Shown in pieces: positions 59,037-64,000 of a stretch of DNA of 64,000 nucleotides; positions within the stretch are counted from its first letter, which is position 1; each line of letters starts with the position of its first letter. The position numbers were made by a program, and so were the translations under genes. The notes below the pieces were generated by a model, which had not been told where the DNA came from, did not search any database, and saw only the letters and a program-made list of their open reading frames with translations. The stretch is from Candidatus Omnitrophota bacterium (GTDB lineage: Bacteria > CAIJMQ01), in assembly GCA_018812925.1 (NCBI GenBank), contig JAHJCU010000004.1, forward strand, positions 244,289-308,288. The letters are read 5' to 3'.

Positions 59037-60269
59037 TTAAAAGAAATTTTTTATCCAATTAAAAACTTTACCTATTGTTTTATCATAAATATTCTCTTTT
59101 TCCCACGGGAAATTTTTTTCTTTATCTCTAACACGTTTACCGTAAGCAATAAGCCCCAACGATGTCGCATATTCCATCGATTCTGAAGGTTTTTGAAAAA
59201 TAGACGGGTTAGCAATTAAATCTGTTCTAATTCCGCCGATTCTCACGGGCAAATTCATCTTCTGCTCTATGACTTCTTTTAATCCAACAAGATTGGATGT
59301 ACCACCCGTAAGCACAATACCCGAACCTAATAAAGGCAGATAATTTCCAATTCTTGCAAATATATGTGAAACCAACATTTCACTTTTCTCTTCTATGATT
59401 TCCGCCAACTCCAATTTTCTTATTTTTTTTGCAGTCGGTTTCCCGAAATTTATTTCTTCGTTATTGTCTAGCAGATACCTTAGGCAAACTCCATGACTCT
59501 TCTTGATTTCCTCGGCTTCTTTTAATGAAACATGCAGTCTGGTCGCTATTTCTCTGGACAAATTTTCTCCTCCATAAGGAAGCGAAGACAAATAAGCAGG
59601 ATATTCTCCTTTATAAATCGCAATATCTGTCAAATGTGAACCCAAGTCTATCAATCCCACCCCTAAATCTTTTTCTTCCGGATAAAGAATAGCTTCTCCG
59701 GTGGCAATCATATTTGCAATAACATGTTCTACATCTAATCCCGCTAAATGAACGCATCTTATTGCGTTTTGAATTGCCGTCGTAATCCCTATTACAGAGG
59801 TTAATTTAACTTTCAATTCTTTTCCGAAAAGTCCGATTGGATTTTTAACCCCCGCTACATTATCCAAGATAAACTCCGAGGGAAGAACATGCAACACTTC
59901 TAACCCTAAAGACGAAGGGCTTGTTTTGGCTTTAAAAATAACTTCTTTTAGATGTTGAACTCCAATTTCTTCCTGGTCAGTTGATAGAGATATCTTGCCT
60001 TCATTATTATTTGAATGAAGATGTTGTCCCGAAATGCCGATAAAGACTGAAGTGATTTCTGTTTTTGCTTTTTTCTCCGCTTTTTGGATTATCCTGCTAA
60101 TACATTCACAGGCAGCTTTCAAATCAACGATAACTCCCCCTCTAATGCCAACGGATTCTTCAATTTCATAACTTTTAAGATTGATTTCTCCGTCTTTACA
60201 ATCGCCTATAGCCACAGCAATTTTACTACTGCCTAAATCAATCCCGGTAATTAAATTTTTATTTTCCAT
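59037..60269 (-). CDS. ftsA: Cell division protein FtsA
   Basis: Actin-like ATPase. GIDLGSSKIAVAIG start. Adjacent to ftsZ. Confidence 0.9.
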   Translation of the reverse strand: MENKNLITGIDLGSSKIAVAIGDCKDGEINLKSYEIEESVGIRGGVIVDLKAACECISRIIQKAEKKAKTEITSVFIGISGQHLHSNNNEGKISLSTDQEEIGVQHLKEVIFKAKTSPSSLGLEVLHVLPSEFILDNVAGVKNPIGLFGKELKVKLTSVIGITTAIQNAIRCVHLAGLDVEHVIANMIATGEAILYPEEKDLGVGLIDLGSHLTDIAIYKGEYPAYLSSLPYGGENLSREIATRLHVSLKEAEEIKKSHGVCLRYLLDNNEEINFGKPTAKKIRKLELAEIIEEKSEMLVSHIFARIGNYLPLLGSGIVLTGGTSNLVGLKEVIEQKMNLPVRIGGIRTDLIANPSIFQKPSESMEYATSLGLIAYGKRVRDKEKNFPWEKENIYDKTIGKVFNWIKNFF

Positions 60270-60282
60270 TTTTCTCTAACAA

Positions 60283-60996
60283 CTAATATGGTTTTACCAC
60301 AATATCCTCTCCAAATCTAAAATCAATATATTCTACATTTTTGTAAGGTAATACTTCCATTAAAACCGACAAATAATATGATTCCTTTGCATGTTCTTCG
60401 CTATTCATCCTAATCTCGGTTTTTGCGTTTTCAAGAAGGAAAAACACTTCTGTTTCTGTTTTTACTTTTATAATTTTCACAGAAACTATATCTTTTATAG
60501 AAAGGTATGTTTTTATGGCTCTTTCAAACCCTATAAACGTTTGCCCCAACGGCAAATTTTCTTTCCCGTTTAGTTTCTCATAAACAAGTAGCGGATAAGA
60601 CTCGTTTTCATCGCCTCTGAAGGAGAAAATCGTTCCCTCTTGTGACACCGCCAACTTCATATTTTCCTTCAAAAGCGCGCGTGGGATATATTCATTCACT
60701 TCAACTATCAATTTATCAGGAAGTTCTTTTTTAACTACAACATTCTTTATTTCAGGAATTTCATTTACTCTATCCCTTAATACATCCATTCTGGCAAGAA
60801 AAATATTTTTGTTTTTTAATTGAGAAAAGCTCCCTTCGTCTATCAGGTCTGAATTTAAAATTTCTATATCCTTAATAAGGAACAAACTGGAGCCTATAAA
60901 AATATAGACAATGACAATGCCTGCAAAAAAGATTGCTGCAACTATTATGCTGAATCTTTTTAATAGAGGGGGAAAAAGAGCATTCTTTTTAAACAA
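60283..60996 (-). CDS. ftsQ: Cell division protein FtsQ/DivIB (TM + POTRA)
   Basis: Single N-terminal TM, POTRA-like region. Position between murB and ftsA. Confidence 0.7.
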   Translation of the reverse strand: MFKKNALFPPLLKRFSIIVAAIFFAGIVIVYIFIGSSLFLIKDIEILNSDLIDEGSFSQLKNKNIFLARMDVLRDRVNEIPEIKNVVVKKELPDKLIVEVNEYIPRALLKENMKLAVSQEGTIFSFRGDENESYPLLVYEKLNGKENLPLGQTFIGFERAIKTYLSIKDIVSVKIIKVKTETEVFFLLENAKTEIRMNSEEHAKESYYLSVLMEVLPYKNVEYIDFRFGEDIVVKPY

Positions 60997-61882
60997 TTTT
61001 TATCTCCGGTTCTAAAAATATGCCAAATTTTTTTTGAACTTTATCTTGAATAATATTTATCAATTCCAATATATCGTTTGAAGTTGCAGCGCCGGTATTT
61101 ACGATGAAATTAGCATGAAGCTTGGAAACTACAGCACCACCTTTAGATAAGCCTTTTAAGTTGGCTTCCTCAATGAATTTGGCCGCAGAACCTTCGGGAG
61201 GGTTTTTAAAAACACATCCCGCAGATTTCATGTTCCATGGTTGTCGTTTTTTTCGTTCCTTGATATTGTTTTTCATGTCTTCGTCTATCTTGTTTTTATC
61301 TTTTTCAAATAGGGAAAACTCTACTTCCACAACTATTTTCTTTTGTGTATCTATATCACTTTTCCTGTAAAAAAAACCTATTTGCTCTTTTAGAACTATT
61401 TTTTCACCTTGACAATCCATCACCGTTAATTTAGAAACAACATCTTCCATCTTTCCGCAAGATGTCCCGGCATTTGTAATTACTGCTCCTCCAATTGTTC
61501 CCGGAATACCTGCAAGCGGCTCTAATCCCCCCAGGGAATAACTCTTAACTTCTCTTAAAAGAGCACGGAGAGAAACTCCGGCACCTGCTGTAATCGTTTC
61601 TTTAGAACGAGTGATCTTTTTGAACCCGTCTCCCAGTTTAATTACTAAACCTTTCCATCCTTCGTCACTTATTAAAAGGTTGCTGCCATTTCCGATAGTC
61701 AAAAAAGGAATATTAACCTCTTTACACCAATTAAGAAGAATGCTCAAGTCCTCTTTTGTCTGGACTGTACAGAAATAATCCGCATCACCTCCTACCCCAA
61801 ATGTAGTATATCCTGCGAGAGAAACCTTTTCTTCTATTTTGCTAAAACCAAGTCCGAGTTTATTTTGTAGCGCTGTGCACAT
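60989..61882 (-). CDS. murB: UDP-N-acetylenolpyruvoylglucosamine reductase
   Basis: FAD-binding GGGSN-like motif (GNGSNLL). C-terminal MurB domain. 8-nt overlap with ftsQ. Confidence 0.9.
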   Translation of the reverse strand: MCTALQNKLGLGFSKIEEKVSLAGYTTFGVGGDADYFCTVQTKEDLSILLNWCKEVNIPFLTIGNGSNLLISDEGWKGLVIKLGDGFKKITRSKETITAGAGVSLRALLREVKSYSLGGLEPLAGIPGTIGGAVITNAGTSCGKMEDVVSKLTVMDCQGEKIVLKEQIGFFYRKSDIDTQKKIVVEVEFSLFEKDKNKIDEDMKNNIKERKKRQPWNMKSAGCVFKNPPEGSAAKFIEEANLKGLSKGGAVVSKLHANFIVNTGAATSNDILELINIIQDKVQKKFGIFLEPEIKIV

Positions 61883-61890
61883 ATATATAT

Positions 61891-61978
61891 CGTAATCCGT
61901 AAATGGTAATCGGTAATTAGTTCCCTTATCTTCTATCGAAAATAGAAAGGGGACGGTTTATGAGTTACCAATTACAAG
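61891..61978. repeat. Short MITE-like family A copy (cgtaatccgtaaatggtaatcggtaattag ... gagttaccaattacaag)
   Basis: TIR-like ends shared with 2728-2862 and 62588-62735. Internal hairpin cccttatcttctatcgaaaatagaaagggg. Confidence 0.6.
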
Positions 61979-62319
61979 ACAAATTTACGCCTATTTTCTT
62001 TGAACGAAAAATATAAACCCGCCTGCTTGCTCCGCATCCCCGCCTGCCAACAAACCTTTTGGGCGGGCAGGAAAGCCGGGCAGACTTATGCAAAAATAGG
62101 GCAGGTATGATAGAATAATCCATCAAATTAAGTGTTAAGAATTATAGCATAAATCTTCTGTCTTAAGGGAAAAAGTGAGACTTGATTGCACTGTTGAAAA
62201 ACCACAGATTATACGGTTCAAAATAGAGTTTTAAAGCCGTTATTTCTTTAATGTGTGTAATCCGTGAGAAATATTCACAATCTGTTTCTCGGAAAAAAAG
62301 GAAGGAGGTGAGAGAATTC

Positions 62320-62577
62320 ATGAAAGAAGAACAAATAGGTAAAATCACCCATTTCTTTCCTCATATACCCGCAGGAGTAATAGAACTTGAGAAAGAGTTG
62401 AAAATCTCGGATAAAATACATATTAAAGGTCATACCACAGACTTAACTCAAATTATAGATTCTATGCAGATAGATAACGTGTCCGTTCAGGAAGGCAAAA
62501 AGGGAGATGATGTAGCCATAAAATTGAAAGACCGTGTAAGAATTCACGATTTAGTTTATAAAGTAATAGAGGAATAA
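62320..62577 (+). CDS. Small hypothetical protein (85 aa), beta-barrel-like. Start placed at ATG after RBS GGAGGTG.
   Basis: The ORF track starts at 62251, but the strong RBS precedes the Met at 62320 (MKEEQIGKITHFF...). Confidence 0.4.
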   Translation: MKEEQIGKITHFFPHIPAGVIELEKELKISDKIHIKGHTTDLTQIIDSMQIDNVSVQEGKKGDDVAIKLKDRVRIHDLVYKVIEE

Positions 62578-62587
62578 CTAATCTACT

Positions 62588-62735
62588 AACGTAATTGGTA
62601 AGGGGTAATTTGTAAATAGTAATTACGAGTTACTGATTACCCTTAGAGATTGCTGAGCAATCTCAAGGACTTTGGTCCCGGGAATCTTTCAGATTCCACG
62701 GGGCGAATTACTAATCGCGATTTACGGGTTACGAT
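62588..62735. repeat. MITE-like family A element, inverted orientation relative to 2728-2862
   Basis: 62640-62710 is the reverse complement of 2750-2820 with a single mismatch by eye. TIR cgtaattggtaa / ttaccc... Confidence 0.75.
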
Positions 62736-62818
62736 ACTCCAACTTAATACATAAGAACTGAATACAAAATACCCATAACAAGTCTTTAAATCACTACATT
62801 TGAATTGAAATATTATCT

Positions 62819-64000
62819 ATGTCTGAATATATCCTTCAATCTTCTAAAAGATTCACGGCAAGCGGAGATTATCTTAAAGACTTAAACCCGCAACAGCTCC
62901 AAGCAGTTACCGCCGAAGATGGCCCATGCATGGTAATTGCAGGCGCGGGTAGCGGCAAAACAAGAGTCGTTACTTGCAGAGTCGCCTATCTTATGGAAAA
63001 AGGCATCCCCGCGGAAAATATTCTTCTTGTCACCTTTACGCAAAAAGCCGCAAAAGAAATGTTGCAACGCGCTTCAGGCTTAATCAGTAACGATATTTCC
63101 AAATTATGGGGAGGTACTTTCCACCATATAAGCAATTTAATTTTGAGAAAACACGCTTCCAAAATAGGATTCAAATCCGATTATACAATTTTGGATAACG
63201 CAGATTCTCAAGACCTCATAAATATATGTAGACAGGAAACAACCCCAAAACAAACCGGCAAATTATTCCCCAAGGCCAGAGTACTTCAAGATATTCTGGG
63301 TCTTTCAATAAATACTCGGGAACATATAAAATTAGTAATAGACAAAAAATATCCCCATCTGGATGAATTTACTCAAGACATTCAAAGAGTTTTCTCGAAA
63401 TACGAGAAAAAGAAAAAAAATATAAACGCGCTTGATTTTGACGACTTACTTGATAAATTCCTTATTCTTTTGAGCGAAAACGAAAACATAAGAGAATTTT
63501 ATTCTAACTCTTTTAGATATATTCTTGTAGATGAATATCAGGATACAAATCTTCTGCAATCCGAAATTCTTGATATCTTGGCTTCACGTTGGCGCAATTT
63601 GATGGTTGTGGGAGACGATTTTCAATCCATTTATTCTTTCAGGGGAGCAAGATACGATAACATCCTCGAATTTCCCCAAAAATATACCGATGCAAAAGTG
63701 TTCACGGTAGATATAAATTATCGTTCTACACCGCATATTTTAAATTTCGCAAATTGTGTAATTTCATCCGCCCGTCACAAATTTAAAAAAGGACTTATCC
63801 CACAAAGAAAAGAAGGGGTAAATCCAATCGTAGTCCCTACCATAGATGTTTACCAGCAAGCTTCTTTCATCGCGCAGAGAATATTTGAACTATACGAAGA
63901 AGGCATACGCTTATCAGACATCGCCGTCCTTTACAGGGCACACTTTCACTCGATGGAACTTCAAATGGAACTTACAAAAAGAGGGATACCTTTCTGGACA
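62819..64000 (+). CDS. UvrD/PcrA/Rep-family ATP-dependent DNA helicase (C-terminus beyond window)
   Basis: Walker A GAGSGKT, motif II VDEYQDTN, motif III, YRST. ORF open to the window end. Confidence 0.9.
   Translation, partial: MSEYILQSSKRFTASGDYLKDLNPQQLQAVTAEDGPCMVIAGAGSGKTRVVTCRVAYLMEKGIPAENILLVTFTQKAAKEMLQRASGLISNDISKLWGGTFHHISNLILRKHASKIGFKSDYTILDNADSQDLINICRQETTPKQTGKLFPKARVLQDILGLSINTREHIKLVIDKKYPHLDEFTQDIQRVFSKYEKKKKNINALDFDDLLDKFLILLSENENIREFYSNSFRYILVDEYQDTNLLQSEILDILASRWRNLMVVGDDFQSIYSFRGARYDNILEFPQKYTDAKVFTVDINYRSTPHILNFANCVISSARHKFKKGLIPQRKEGVNPIVVPTIDVYQQASFIAQRIFELYEEGIRLSDIAVLYRAHFHSMELQMELTKRGIPFWT

Noticed and set aside
62100-62319. Possible riboswitch/leader upstream of the 85-aa ORF (hairpin ccgtgagaaat...ctgtttctcgg)
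   Set aside because: Only one imperfect stem. No recognisable riboswitch consensus (SAM, TPP, glycine, c-di-GMP) by inspection.

Overview
This is a 64-kb window from a visibly AT-rich bacterial chromosome. The Lol lipoprotein sorter (LolD plus a LolC/E-type permease), SecDF-YajC, MreB, and FtsQ/A/Z-MurB indicate a diderm, rod-shaped cell. Several archaeal-flavoured genes (an MC1-like chromatin protein, ApgM-type PGM, UPF0280) suggest an uncultivated lineage. I support about 70 CDS. I found no rRNA, tRNA or CRISPR array.

The housekeeping blocks are:
- rdgB, trpF, arfB and ftsH-folP.
- mreB, panD, and ymdB with rny.
- a wecA-like transferase and an epimerase.
- lolD-lolE and lysS.
- rpsU-apgM.
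- cmk-mnmE-plsC.
- secF-secD-yajC-tgt.
- an ECF sigma factor with a putative anti-sigma factor, then glyA-ftsZ-ftsA-ftsQ-murB.
- a partial UvrD/PcrA helicase at the window end.

These blocks are interrupted by accessory material:
1. A roughly 7-kb island (37.6-44.4 kb) in which every transcription unit is punctuated by copies of a composite hairpin-rich repeat. It carries a DNA methyltransferase fused to an Mrr-like nuclease, a DUF4143 AAA ATPase, two zinc-ribbon membrane proteins, and an Fcy1-like cytosine deaminase with a lipoprotein serine hydrolase and small membrane peptides.
2. A stand-alone 621-aa protein that fuses a NucS-like PD-(D/E)xK nuclease to an EVE (PUA-like) domain and a large unknown C-terminal domain. 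It is a candidate modification-dependent restriction or defence enzyme.
3. A two-gene module (a signal-peptide-less SBP-like protein plus a GAF-GGDEF cyclase) bracketed by 40-bp direct repeats.
4. A four-helix-bundle (23S IVS-type) gene bracketed by another repeat family.
5. A bacterial homologue of archaeal chromatin protein MC1.
6. A lone HEPN/Abi-like candidate.

At least eight dispersed intergenic repeat families are present. They include MITE-like elements with TIR cgtaattggtaa, and two near-identical 70-bp cores in inverted orientation 60 kb apart.
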